Origin: an uncultured Nitrososphaerota archaeon
GTDB taxonomy: Archaea > Thermoproteota > Nitrososphaeria > Nitrososphaerales > CADDZS01
DNA length: 64,000 bases
Assembly: GCA_963799845.1 (NCBI GenBank)
Contig: CAWCYI010000004.1
Location: forward strand, 896,001-960,000
Reading direction: 5' to 3'
Part shown: piece after piece, positions 31,519-42,008 of the stretch
Position numbering within the stretch: position 1 is the first letter of the stretch
Layout of the letters: every line of letters starts with the position of its first letter
Position numbers and translations under genes: made by a program
The notes under the pieces: generated by a model
Told to the model about the DNA's origin: nothing
The model's database searches: none
What the model saw: the letters and a program-made list of their open reading frames with translations, nothing else

Positions 31519-31657
31519 TCTCTTCGGGGTTGAAGGATCACTGCCGAACTAACAACCCTTCAAAAGAACTAAAGGAGTAAGACGAACATAGGCGGCTAAC
31601 AAAGAAGAGAGTGAGAATTCTTATTATCTGGGATTTGCTGCGGGATAATAGAAGTTT

Positions 31658-32464
31658 ATGAGCATAGCTAGAGAAGACGATAAGAATCCATTCGATCTAA
31701 GTGGCAAGAACGCTGTTGTGACAGGAGGAGCCATGGGTATCGGTTTTGGGATTTGCAAACGATTTGTTCAAGCCGGGGCCAACGTGCTTATTGCGGATGT
31801 CGCGGGAAGCGCGGTGGAGGCAGCCGCGCAGAAACTAGCAGGTTCCCGCGGTAAAGCGGTTGCGATCCAAGCCGATGTTGCCGCGGATGGTGTCGGCGAT
31901 AGACTAGTCAGCAAATGCATGGAACTTTTTGGTTCGATCAATATTTTGGTCAATAACGCCGGCATTTATCCCATATCTCCCATTCTTCAAATGACCCCGG
32001 ATTTCTTTGATAAAGTCTACAAAATCAACCTGAAGGGACTGGTTTTCCTATCCAAAGCCGCGGGAGCGAAAATGGTCGAAAGAGGTAAAGGAGGTAAAAT
32101 CATAAACATTTCTTCCATCGACGCGTTCCACCCCACATCTGTGGGCCTCGGAGCTTATGACACTTCCAAGGGAGGAGTGACGATGTTCACCAAAGCCCTC
32201 GCTCTGGAGCTTGCACCCCACGGGATTATGGTGAATTCAATTGCCCCCGGAGGTATAGCGACGGAAGGCACTTCGAAACCTCTCACAGGAATGACCGAAG
32301 AACAAACGAATCAGATGATGAAAGCGTTTCTTGCGAGGATTCCTTTGAGCCGAATGGGAGTTCCAGATGACATTGGGAAGGTGGCCCTTTTCCTGGCTTC
32401 TTCTGCGTCCGATTACATAACAGGCCAGACGCTTATTGTTGATGGCGGCATGCTCCTCAGCTAG
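31658..32464 (+). CDS. Short-chain dehydrogenase/reductase
   Basis: TGGAMGIG, NNAG, YDTSK, VNSIAPG. Confidence 0.93.
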   Translation: MSIAREDDKNPFDLSGKNAVVTGGAMGIGFGICKRFVQAGANVLIADVAGSAVEAAAQKLAGSRGKAVAIQADVAADGVGDRLVSKCMELFGSINILVNNAGIYPISPILQMTPDFFDKVYKINLKGLVFLSKAAGAKMVERGKGGKIINISSIDAFHPTSVGLGAYDTSKGGVTMFTKALALELAPHGIMVNSIAPGGIATEGTSKPLTGMTEEQTNQMMKAFLARIPLSRMGVPDDIGKVALFLASSASDYITGQTLIVDGGMLLS

Positions 32465-32494
32465 TTGCGAGAGAAGTACAGCTCACCTCATGGA

Positions 32495-32566
32495 TTTACA
32501 AGTAAATTGGGGTTCAAATCCCACATTCCGCTCATGAGAATATCACAAGGTGAAATCTAGTAGTTT
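32495..32566 (+). repeat. Family A repeat, copy 2
   Basis: TTTACAAGTAAA-TTGGGGTTCAAATCCCACATTCCGCTCATG; right end degenerate. Confidence 0.8.
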
Positions 32567-32730
32567 CCTACGAATACAAGCCACCCATTCTGGCAAATTC
32601 TCGTATTTACTATCAACAGCCTACAGTGGTACCTGCTCTTGGGTTCGAGTCCAGATAGACGCGCTTACATGTCGAACAACCGCCCATCTTGGATAGCGTG
32701 CAACTGCGACAGGAGGTTTCTGTCCGGAGT

Positions 32731-33933
32731 CTACTTTTTGACTTGGACACCTTGTCGCCACACAGCTCGGATGGACAGCGTGTCTGAGATGTTCGTCGTT
32801 GGGTCCCCATCGACCAGCAGCAGGTCGGCGCGAGCCTGAGGAATGACCCGCCCCCTGTCGGTGAGACCGAACCTGCGCGCAGGGATGGATGTGGCTGCCT
32901 GTAGTGCTTCGATCGGGCTCAATCCAGCCGCGACTAGGAGTTGCAGTTCCTGGTGCAAGCTGGCACCGTGGCCGAGTCCACCTAAACTGGGGATAGGCTC
33001 CGAAGCATCACAACCTGCCAGAATGTCTACACCCGCCTCGTGGAGGGCTATGACCCCAGCATACGCATCTTCGAGCTTTCCTTGGGGGTATACATTCATG
33101 CTGCGGGAGAGCGCGTCGAGCCACTTCTGGTTCAGCTTGGAACTTACTCGTTTGTCGGCGGCGAGCGCAGATGCATTATTGCCAACGGCAGAGGAGATCG
33201 TCACAAGAGTGGGGATAACAAACGCGCCGGAGGATGCAATGGAATCCACAAATTCGGCAGTAGGTCGACTATCAAAGAACAAGTGTGCCAGACCATCTAC
33301 TCCAGCTGCAATAGCTCTTTGGCCCCCTTCGGCGGTCGTTACGTGCGCGATGGCCAGCCTACCATTACGATGAGCTTCCTTTACGGCTGCACCGAGGATT
33401 TCATCATCAAGCACAGGAAGCCCCGGGAAACCGATACAGGTTCCGTCCTCAATGAAGATTTTGATGTAGTCGGCTCCGTCAGCGATCTGCTTGTCTACGA
33501 ATTTGACTGCTTCGTCAGGGGTCGAGACACAAGGATAACGATAGAATAGGCGAATGAGTAAGTTGTTGCTCGAACTCATGTATTCAGTCGGGTGACCTCC
33601 TGGAGGAGTGAGGCCCATCCCAGAGGATCGCAAATCCGCGACATCACTCCGTTCAGCGATTTCCTTACGCTTCTTCGTTGTCCAATGACCGTTCATCTCC
33701 AACTCTGTGGTGACACCAAACAACAAGGCGTCACGCAATCCGTGCATGTCGGTATGCACATGGGAGTCAATCAAGCCGGGCATCAGGGTTGCGCTGTGAC
33801 CATCGATGACAGTTGCCCCAGATGGTACCTCCCCACCCACCGACTGTATATTTCCCCCGTTTATCACTACAGTCGCGTCGTCGATGATACGAACACCGTC
33901 GAAGATCCTCGCGTTGATAATGGCTGTAATCAT
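32731..33933 (-). CDS. Metal-dependent amidohydrolase
   Basis: PGLIDSHVH, GADYIK, AH, LAH, AGCD, ATS.PA..FG, ADLLLVDGDP. Confidence 0.92.
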   Translation of the reverse strand: MITAIINARIFDGVRIIDDATVVINGGNIQSVGGEVPSGATVIDGHSATLMPGLIDSHVHTDMHGLRDALLFGVTTELEMNGHWTTKKRKEIAERSDVADLRSSGMGLTPPGGHPTEYMSSSNNLLIRLFYRYPCVSTPDEAVKFVDKQIADGADYIKIFIEDGTCIGFPGLPVLDDEILGAAVKEAHRNGRLAIAHVTTAEGGQRAIAAGVDGLAHLFFDSRPTAEFVDSIASSGAFVIPTLVTISSAVGNNASALAADKRVSSKLNQKWLDALSRSMNVYPQGKLEDAYAGVIALHEAGVDILAGCDASEPIPSLGGLGHGASLHQELQLLVAAGLSPIEALQAATSIPARRFGLTDRGRVIPQARADLLLVDGDPTTNISDTLSIRAVWRQGVQVKK

Positions 33934-34430
33934 GCTAGCAATAGATCTATTTCTATTCTACATAGGTAAGGCTATCTTCAATGGGAAGAGATTCTGACAA
34001 AGTGGAAGTAAACTGAGACACAAATTCCTAAAGTGAGAGACTAGGGATGGAGGTGAAAGAAAGTGTCGAAAAAGTTTGAAATCGGAGAAGGGAAAAGCGC
34101 TTCTCCACTGTCAACTGCGATATGATTACAAATCGTATCAAGATCGAGCAAGACTGAGGGATTGTTGCAAACGAATTGCACTATTCGCCACGCGCAAAAA
34201 ATTCCAGTTCGATATCGGAAGTTAACCACATCGCGTCGACGCCGTTACTGGCAAGGTAATCTACAGTAGTCCAGGACCTATCGCCATGAGTCTGCTCGGT
34301 TTCAGACTTGATGACATCGTATTCGAATCAATCTGTGCCAGGTGGAATTAATGGATCTACAACTTCAATTCTCGGAAAATTAAACCCACAAGAATAGGTC
34401 GTTGGATTCTAATATTATTCTTTATACTAT

Positions 34431-34504
34431 TTTACTAGTAAATTGCGGTTCAAATCCCACATCTCGCGCATGGAATTATTTTGTGCTCAGAATTTACTAG
34501 TAAA
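34431..34504 (+). repeat. Family A repeat, copy 3 (complete)
   Basis: TTTACTAGTAAA-TTGCGGTTCAAATCCCACATCTCGC...-TTTACTAGTAAA. Confidence 0.88.
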
Positions 34505-34638
34505 GAATAAACCAATTTTCATGTTCATGGTTGGCCCGAGTTTGTCTATTGTCAATTCTACCGTTGTCAATTTGCTTGTCTTGATTTTAGGACAAAGATT
34601 CATAATAAGCGAGCCACACCCTTGCGCAAGGCCTGAGC

Positions 34639-35100
34639 ATGAAACCTGCAGAGAAGTCCCCGAAGTCCGCCAAAAGCACTACCGCGACCAGCAAGAAGTC
34701 CAAAGGATTCACGGACGAGGAACGAGCCGCGATGAAGGAGCACATCCAAGAGCAGAAAGCGGGCAAGGCGGACGGGGAAAGCGCTGTGCTTGCGAAGATC
34801 GCCACGATGTCTGAACCGGATCGCGCCATGGCCAAGCGTCTCCATGAAATCATTATGAAGAGCGCGCCAGCCCTCTCGCCGAGGACCTGGTACGGGATGC
34901 CTGCCTATGCTAGGGACGGCAACGTCGTCTGCTTCTTCCAGCCAGCGCAGAAGTTCAAGACAAGGTACGCGACATTAGGTTTCAGCGACGAGGCGAATCT
35001 CGATGAGGGCGATATGTGGTCGACCGCCTTCGCTCTGATGGGATTGAATGCCGCCGAAGAGGCAAGGATCGGCGCGCTGATAAAAAAAGCGGTGACCTGA
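34639..35100 (+). CDS. DUF1801 (YdhG-like) protein
   Basis: [38 protein letters not shown]. Confidence 0.85.
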   Translation: MKPAEKSPKSAKSTTATSKKSKGFTDEERAAMKEHIQEQKAGKADGESAVLAKIATMSEPDRAMAKRLHEIIMKSAPALSPRTWYGMPAYARDGNVVCFFQPAQKFKTRYATLGFSDEANLDEGDMWSTAFALMGLNAAEEARIGALIKKAVT

Positions 35101-35102
35101 AT

Positions 35103-35528
35103 ATGAAAGCAAGTGCAACTTCTTCCCCGAACGGTAAGTCTACCTCTCAACAGATAGATGCAATAATTAAGAAGTCGGATGACTGGCGAGGCAAGAGATT
35201 ATCACAACTTCGCATTTTGATCAGGAAAGCCGACACTGACATAATCGAAGAAGTGAAGTGGAGAAAACCCAGCAACCCGATGGGAGTCCCGGTCTGGTCT
35301 CATGACGGAATAGTCTGCATAGGAGATACGCTCAAGAACGCCGTGAGACTGACATTCCCAAAAGGCGCTCAGATTAAGGATACAAAGAAGCTCTTCAACA
35401 TGCGCCTAGACAGCAATACAGTTCGTGCAATTGACTTCCACGAAGGTGACGCTGTAGACGAAGCTGGGTTAAGAGCACTCATTCTCGAAGCTGTGAAGCA
35501 GAACACATCGAAAGTGCGCGAGCGATAA
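35103..35528 (+). CDS. DUF1801 protein
   Basis: DWRG..L..LR.LI, EEVKW, PVW...G, LTF.KGA, RAID. Confidence 0.85.
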   Translation: MKASATSSPNGKSTSQQIDAIIKKSDDWRGKRLSQLRILIRKADTDIIEEVKWRKPSNPMGVPVWSHDGIVCIGDTLKNAVRLTFPKGAQIKDTKKLFNMRLDSNTVRAIDFHEGDAVDEAGLRALILEAVKQNTSKVRER

Positions 35529-35592
35529 ATAGCTCTGCGCGTGACTGGGCCAGCGAATCGTCCATTATCGCCAATTCAATTCCTGGGAACAA

Positions 35593-37570
35593 TCAGTAGA
35601 CTCCAATCTTTTTCATTATTTCTGCAAATTTCTCGTTAGTTTGTTTGAGCCTGTCAAAAACAGGGAAATGTCCGAAGAGGATCATGCTCAGCTTCCCTAT
35701 CTCTATACGCTTTTTCAAAGAATTCGACGGCTCTTTCATCTTCTTGGAGACCCAAGTATACCAGGCCAATATCAAATGCACCCGACCTCCCGATTCTATC
35801 TCCCTTTGTAATTTCGTCGATAATTTCTGCCGCTTCCTTTTTTCTCTGAGAGACAGCTAAGACGTATCCGAGATAACTCAAACAGTATGAGAGTCGATCG
35901 GTGAGCTCAACTGCCTTGTTGGTCTCCCTTAGTGCGTCATCAAACTTTCCCTTCTCTACGAAAATTAGTCCCTTGAAAAGTCTCGGATAGATTCCTCGGG
36001 GATCCAGATCGAGCGACTCGTTGAATAAATTTAGGGCATTATAGTACCTTCTAGTATTGTAGAGCGTCTTCCCAATGTGCCATTTCAGGAACGCCCAGAG
36101 CGGGTCCAGCTCAAGCGCCCGACTGTTTTCCCGCTCTGCCTCCGCAGCTCTGTTGGACAATCCAAAAGTGTCCCCCAGCCATAAATGCGGAGTAGAATAG
36201 CTTGAATTAAGTTCAATGGCCCGCTTGAATTCTCTTTCAGCTGTAGGAATATCATAATCTGATTGTAGGGAAACTATTCCCAGTGAGCAGTGCGCCTCTG
36301 CGAGCTCCGGGTCTGCATCAATGGCGAGTTTTGCATAGTGTTTTGCTTTCGCGAAACCTTCCTTTTCGGTTATTTCCTCCCCCGCCATGTACGTGTAACA
36401 TTCGGAAATTCCGGATAAGGCCAGACCGTAATTAGGTTCCAATACGAGAGCCTTCTCGAAGCATTCAATAGCTCTGAAGAAACGCTCTCCCATCTCCATA
36501 GTCCGCATGAAGTATCTTCCCTTGAGGAACAAATTGTACGCCTCCGCATTCCTGGATGATTCTTTCTCGATTCTTGCTCTGGCACTCGGAAAAAATGTCG
36601 ATTGTAAAGTCGAACTAACTGTTTCTGCGATCTCTGTTTGAATTGCAAAAACCTTCTCCAATTTCCTATCGAACTTTTTTGACCATACGTGCCTGTCCTC
36701 AGCTGTATCGATGAGCTGCACGGTAATGCGCAGATCGTCTCCTGCCTTCCGGACACTTCCTTCGAGGATCAATCCGGCGTCGAGTTCTTTCGAAATCTCT
36801 TTTACCTGGACGACTGCATTATTCTTGTAACGCATTATAGAAGTGCGGGAAATTACGTCGAGACCTTGAACTTCGGACAGAGTCGTGATGAGTTCTTCCG
36901 TCAATCCATCTGCAAGGTATTCATCTCGTGGATCTGGGCTTATGTTTGAAAAAGGCAGTACTGCAATTCGGCGATCATTCGAATTTTCGCGAGTCTTTTC
37001 CCTTACGACGCCTGCTTCCCAAGGCATTTCGACCGAGTACAATTCCGTGGGAAATTCAACGTTCTTCAGTGACTGCTTTCCGAGCAGTCTCAGAGGCTGG
37101 TCTATTTTGTTGTGCACCTGGTCGAACACCTGCCGGGAAATTGCGACTCTTTCGGGAGGTGATAGCTGCTGAATTCTTGATGCAATGTTCACTGCATCGC
37201 CGAAAACGTCATTGTCTTGATGTATGACATCGCCCAGATGAATGCCAATCCGAAGTGTGGTCTTCCACTCCTCTCTTGAGGAGAAGTTGTAGTCGTGAAG
37301 AAATTCTTGGATCTTAATCGCGCACTTGACGGCATTCAGGGCGCTATCAAATTCCACGAGAAAGGAGTCTCCAATTGTTTTCACCTCACGTCCTCGATTT
37401 TTCGGAAAAAATGGACGGAGAAGATGAAAGTGCCTTTGAAGAACCGCCATCGCCAGTGACTCATTGGCTTGAGTAAGAGCAGTATAGCCGACCATGTCCG
37501 TGAACATTATCGCCGCGAGGCGGCGCTCATCCAACGACAAAAAGTTCAGACTACTCCGGTTAGTGGACAT
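35593..37570 (-). CDS. Class III adenylate/guanylate cyclase - TolB-like - TPR protein; +1 indel near 35707
   Basis: AAIMFTDMVGYT, KTIGD, RIGIHLGD, GDAVNIASR, IAVLPF.N, EGSVRK, TPR repeats; C-terminus resumes in ORF 35593-35781. Confidence 0.88.
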
Positions 37571-37579
37571 TTGTATTAT

Positions 37580-37636
37580 TTTACTAGCAAATTCGTGCTC
37601 AAATCCCATATCTCACATTCGGGATTTACTAGTAAA
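37580..37636 (+). repeat. Family A repeat, copy 4
   Basis: TTTACTAGCAAA-TTCGTGCTCAAATCCCATAT...CGGGA-TTTACTAGTAAA. Confidence 0.85.
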
Positions 37637-37684
37637 ACTAGATCTTATCTTAAAGTACTTTGCAAGAGCTCTCCCTAGCATAGT

Positions 37685-38362
37685 CTAGCGGAGTGAGAAG
37701 CCTTGCAGACCGGAATTTTTTCTGGTAACTATCTTTGATCTTCGTCTTCTTCTAGTCCACCAGCTAATTGGAATTGGACAATTATCGGCTAAGGCTATGC
37801 TCCCCTGTCTGAGCTTTTGGTCGACAATCGCAAAGTCTGATTTTGCCTCTTCGATTTCGTATGGAACGTCGTACAGAAAGAGGTCGACGCTTTCAACTTC
37901 CTTTATCAAATCTGGAAGAATTTCACTACTCTTTCCTAGTCTCAGATCCCAGTTTTTCTTCAACGATTGAGGAACCGCCCAACCGGATTTTTTTCCCGGG
38001 GGCAAAACCCAAGATACTTTTGGTCGAGGAATGTTTTCAATTTCTTTCTCGGGGAGATCTATTGAATGGAGCACGCCTTTTCCATTTGATTCCAAGGCGT
38101 GCAAGAAATATGCTGACGAAACACCGGCCGAAACACCGACCTCGACGACATGTTTCGGTCTCGTGATTGTCACAAGTGTGCGCAGCTCAAACGGCGCACA
38201 AATCTGAATGTAACTAGAGCGCCCACCCTCTGCCAAGTTGCGCTCCATCAAATGGCGAAAAACGATGTCTTGACTTATCAATTCGTTTTGCATCTTTGAC
38301 ATCCCAAGGCTGACTCTAGCTGAGCTTTGACACGAAGAGTGCATCGGGAGCGCCCCGTTCAA
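37685..38362 (-). CDS. Class I SAM-dependent methyltransferase (Methyltransf_24-like); N-terminus uncertain
   Basis: VVEVGVSAGVSS, LHSIDLP, SGWAVP, LRLGKS, DLFLYD. Confidence 0.75.
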   Translation of the reverse strand: MNGALPMHSSCQSSARVSLGMSKMQNELISQDIVFRHLMERNLAEGGRSSYIQICAPFELRTLVTITRPKHVVEVGVSAGVSSAYFLHALESNGKGVLHSIDLPEKEIENIPRPKVSWVLPPGKKSGWAVPQSLKKNWDLRLGKSSEILPDLIKEVESVDLFLYDVPYEIEEAKSDFAIVDQKLRQGSIALADNCPIPISWWTRRRRRSKIVTRKNSGLQGFSLR

Positions 38363-38582
38363 TTTTTGGTCTGGTTTCTTTTTAACGAGTCTGACGTGCT
38401 AGGATGCGATGATTGCACCGTCTTTCATAATAAGAATTTGAAGTCTCCTATTTGAAAATTCAATTGTTGTACGAAGGGTAGTTTTTCCCTTCTAAAGAGC
38501 ATCAGAAGTCTTAATCTCTGAGTTTCTCGACCTTCGATTTTAATTCGGAAAGATTCAAAGGTTTCGAATTCAACGATCATTT

Positions 38583-38670
38583 TTTACTAGTAAATTGTGG
38601 TTCAAATCCCACATCCCGCTGTTGGATTATCCTTCCTTGGGATTTTACTAGTAATTACGTGTCCGAATCC
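38583..38670 (+). repeat. Family A repeat, copy 5 (with a partial tandem unit)
   Basis: TTTACTAGTAAA-TTGTGGTTCAAATCCCACATCCCGC...TGGGAT-TTTACTAGTAAT-TACGTGTCCGAATCCC. Confidence 0.88.
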
Positions 38671-38882
38671 CGTTTCTGATTCGAATTCGGAATGTTCTCC
38701 AACGGGACTCGCACCTGTATTCGGATAAAATTCTTGCAGGCAGAAGACCGTGAGCTCCCGATTACGGAGCTAGATTGAGAGGATACAGCTACTGTCCTTA
38801 AAAAGACCCCAATGGGGTCGTAAGCCAGTGAATTATCATAACCACAAAACAATCTATCATAAAGAAAAAATCGATAGGTTAC

Positions 38883-39863
38883 ATGGTCGTCCCGGATCTA
38901 AGGGACACTCATACGCTGCTGAATCACGCAGCACTTGCTGCGAAGGCTGGATTCTCTGTGATTTGGGTTCCAGACCACTTTCATCCCTGGTTTCACACAG
39001 GAGCCTTCGAAGCTAATTCCTGGATTTGGCTTTCGACCGCCATGGATAGAATCAAAACGGTCCCGTTCGCTTCGGGGGTGACCGTCCCAATTCTAAGATA
39101 TCATCCCGGAATCGTGGCACAGGCGTTTGCAACTCTCGAAGTAATGCACGGCCCAAGAATCATTCTCGGAGTGGGGAGCGGTGAGGCACTGAACGAGATA
39201 CCACTGGGATTTGAATATCCTCCACTACCTGAAAGAATCGACAGAATGGTCGAAGCGATTACGGTCATGCGAAAGTTGGGCACAGAAGAGTTCGTGGATT
39301 TCAAAGGAAAGTACTACACGCTGAAAAAAGCAAATCTGTACATGAAGTCCACAGTACCGATATACATCTCCGCGCTCGGCCCGAAGACAGCGAAGATCGC
39401 AGGAAAAATTGGCGACGGTTTCATTACCTTCCCATCGCCGATGGACCGACTGAAGAATGTGATCTTTCCAAAAATCAGAGAGGGCGCGCAATCGGTGGGC
39501 AGGTCTTTTGACGATATCACAAAAGTATTAGAGCTGGACGTGTCTCTCGATCTAGATTATCAGAAAGCACTGGATGCCCTGAGGCCTCAGAAGCCAACTC
39601 TCGTCCCGAACATCTTCAACACTAACGAGTACGATCCGAGGAAATTAGAAGAGCGTGGAAATGCCGAAGTAAGTGACGAGGATCTCGCAAAAGCGTTCAT
39701 TGTCGGATCTTCGGTCGATGATCATATCACGAGAATTGAAGAGGCGTTTGATGCAGGCTTCGACCACGTATTTGTGTCCAGCAACAGTCCGGACGAAGAG
39801 AGATTCATCGACGAATACAAGAAAAAAGTGATACCATACTTCGAAAAAAGATCTGAGGAGTAA
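38883..39863 (+). CDS. F420-dependent LLM oxidoreductase (G6PDH/Adf-like)
   Basis: DHFHPW, GVT.P..RYHP..VAQAFATL, GVGSGEALNE. Confidence 0.9.
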   Translation: MVVPDLRDTHTLLNHAALAAKAGFSVIWVPDHFHPWFHTGAFEANSWIWLSTAMDRIKTVPFASGVTVPILRYHPGIVAQAFATLEVMHGPRIILGVGSGEALNEIPLGFEYPPLPERIDRMVEAITVMRKLGTEEFVDFKGKYYTLKKANLYMKSTVPIYISALGPKTAKIAGKIGDGFITFPSPMDRLKNVIFPKIREGAQSVGRSFDDITKVLELDVSLDLDYQKALDALRPQKPTLVPNIFNTNEYDPRKLEERGNAEVSDEDLAKAFIVGSSVDDHITRIEEAFDAGFDHVFVSSNSPDEERFIDEYKKKVIPYFEKRSEE

Positions 39864-40102
39864 AAACGTCGCCGCCGTTCATCATTTCGCGGAGGGAAAT
39901 CGCAGGGTAGCGAAAGAAAATAATTCTGGGTGAGAACAAGAAACCTGCAACGATAAAAGTGAGACTTATCGGCCAGGAGACGAACTTAATATTCTCTGGT
40001 AGCGCCTTACGCTAGAACGCGATGCAGCAGGTACCTCACAGGTCTTTCTTTCCCGCCTTGCAATTTCGTTATCGAAGAAGAAGATACATAACTTCCCCTT
40101 TT

Positions 40103-41611
40103 TCAGCCCAGTCCAGGTGGACTGGAAGTTTTGTAGTGGTTGTCGAACCAGTGGTTGCCAGCGCCTGCTCCATCCCAGTAGAGATCGAACTGCCCGCTGT
40201 TCTTCACAGTGTTCTCTGCGATGATATTGTTACTTGACCCCCCGACAACTGCGATGCCGTACTGCCCGCTGTTTTTTACTAGGTTGTGTGTCACGTGAAC
40301 TCCGTTTGCGGCAAACGTGCCGATATCCGGGAATGTACTACCTAGCAAAACACCTATGATCGTTCCATCGATTGTATTGTCACTGACCTGCCCGGGGTCG
40401 CCTAAAACGAAGACTCCAGTTCCTCCATCCAGAATCGTGTTACCTGACACTACGACCGATTTGAGATCCTGACTCAAGATCACGGGAAACTCTGCGGTGT
40501 AGCATCCACAACTAGTGTTTGTCTGAAGCACGTTTCCGGACACCACCGCGTTCAGAGTGCTTACCGTGTTGAAGTCTGCCAAGATGACGCCGTTAGCCCC
40601 CTCACTGACCTGGAGAACTTGGTTGTTCGTGATGTAAACCGTGGACGGCAAAGTGCCGGGCTCGTAGGCGTCCTCTTCCGCCAATATTCCCACGCCGTCT
40701 ATCACGTTCGAAATTTGGTTCCCGCAGTAGGTTAGCTTGCTGTTGTACGCGTCATAGAAGCCCGTCGCCACGATGGAGTTGGTGATCGTGTTGTGGCAGA
40801 CCATGACCGTTGCGCTAAGAAGAGTGTCGCTCCAGGGCCCAGAGTTTGAGGAGTTGAATACACTGTTGGTCACCGAATAAGTGCCGGAAAGTGGAATTAT
40901 TTGTGTCAGGGCGTTGGTCCACCCCTTCGGCAGTCGGGAGACTTCGTAATTGATCCCGTTCAACATGTTTTGTCCCGAGGAGTCACCTGACGCTCCGAGC
41001 ACTGTCACGTGGTCAATCGTGGCAGAGGCTTTCAGGCCGGTAATTTCGATTGCCGCGACGAGCGCAGTATAGGGTGTACCCAAATCGTTCCAGCCCATGG
41101 TCGGCGCAGTGTATGGATCGGTAAGCGTCATCCCGGTGATCGAGTACGAACCGCCCTCGAAGGTGAACATTGCGGGCCATGGATCATGTGGCCCAGGCAA
41201 GCCTGCCCAGAACGGAATTGTTGGTGTATTGTATGCCGGGTTGGGTGATGGCAAGTTTGGAAGCGCTTGGATTATCGTCAATCCCTGACCCATCCCGACG
41301 AAATTTCCTCGGAAACCATAAACAGCGATCTGATCAATGTAGTACGTTCCCTTCTCTAACTGAACCGTGACCGGCGACCCCATACTGCCTTGATTTAGAG
41401 CATTTTGGATGTCCTTTGTATCGTTGTGCCCATTTGGATAGACGGTAATGACCCTCATATTAGAGCTTGAGGACGAATATGCAGCCGTGCTTTGCATGAA
41501 CAGAGGCGATAGTGCCAGTAAAAATATGACTACAATCGCTACTGCTGTAACTAGTGCCGAAGAAGAAACTATATTCCTTCTCTTGTTCTTCCATTCGTTT
41601 TGAGTTATCAT
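40103..41611 (-). CDS. Secreted right-handed beta-helix (NosD/pectin-lyase-like) protein
   Basis: Signal/TM, DT..IQ.AL, repeated N..I/V strands, C-terminal DLYWDG. Confidence 0.8.
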   Translation of the reverse strand: MITQNEWKNKRRNIVSSSALVTAVAIVVIFLLALSPLFMQSTAAYSSSSSNMRVITVYPNGHNDTKDIQNALNQGSMGSPVTVQLEKGTYYIDQIAVYGFRGNFVGMGQGLTIIQALPNLPSPNPAYNTPTIPFWAGLPGPHDPWPAMFTFEGGSYSITGMTLTDPYTAPTMGWNDLGTPYTALVAAIEITGLKASATIDHVTVLGASGDSSGQNMLNGINYEVSRLPKGWTNALTQIIPLSGTYSVTNSVFNSSNSGPWSDTLLSATVMVCHNTITNSIVATGFYDAYNSKLTYCGNQISNVIDGVGILAEEDAYEPGTLPSTVYITNNQVLQVSEGANGVILADFNTVSTLNAVVSGNVLQTNTSCGCYTAEFPVILSQDLKSVVVSGNTILDGGTGVFVLGDPGQVSDNTIDGTIIGVLLGSTFPDIGTFAANGVHVTHNLVKNSGQYGIAVVGGSSNNIIAENTVKNSGQFDLYWDGAGAGNHWFDNHYKTSSPPGLG

Positions 41612-41736
41612 GTACTTTCACATCTGTGTTTTTCTTTGAAAGATCAATGTATGTCGTTGGCTAAGAGTTATTTGAATGACAAACACGATTATCAAAATAG
41701 GTAATCAACTTAGGGCACCCATGATTCAAGCGTTGT

Positions 41737-41831
41737 AGGGCAGAAACCCTCATCCCGAGGGCAACGGAGGGAATGCTGTGTCCCGACAAAGGTCTACTCC
41801 TGCCGCGTGAGGAAACATCTCGCCTCTCGGG
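41737..41831 (+). ncRNA. Candidate structured element (multibranch)
   Basis: CCCGAG/CTCGGG closing stem, GGCA-GGAG/CTCC-TGCC, nested small hairpins; GC-rich within AT-rich intergenic DNA. Confidence 0.3.
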
Positions 41832-42008
41832 TCAAATCAAGAACAGTGAGGTCAGAAAGATTCAGAAGACAAATCACTATTCCATCATAACTTCCGAAAA
41901 CTTTGAAAGTGAGGTTCTAAGGTTCGTCCGAGATTAGGACAAAAATTCAAGTCTCCGACTTAGTGATTACTTCTACCGAGTGTCGAACTTCAGGTTTTTT
42001 GTCAACGT

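Noticed and set aside
34060-34260. Possible decayed gene with FEIGE../FDIGS-like repeats
   Set aside because: Needs a frameshift and two stop read-throughs, and I cannot assign a family.
32495-38620. Intact tRNA genes at GGTTCAAATCCC motifs
   Set aside because: No D-arm, anticodon arm or 5' acceptor strand upstream.
34431-38670. Family A as CRISPR mini-arrays (about 32-bp repeat plus 30-bp spacer)
   Set aside because: The would-be spacers resemble each other, the second repeat is only the 12-bp palindrome, units are kilobases apart and no cas genes are present.
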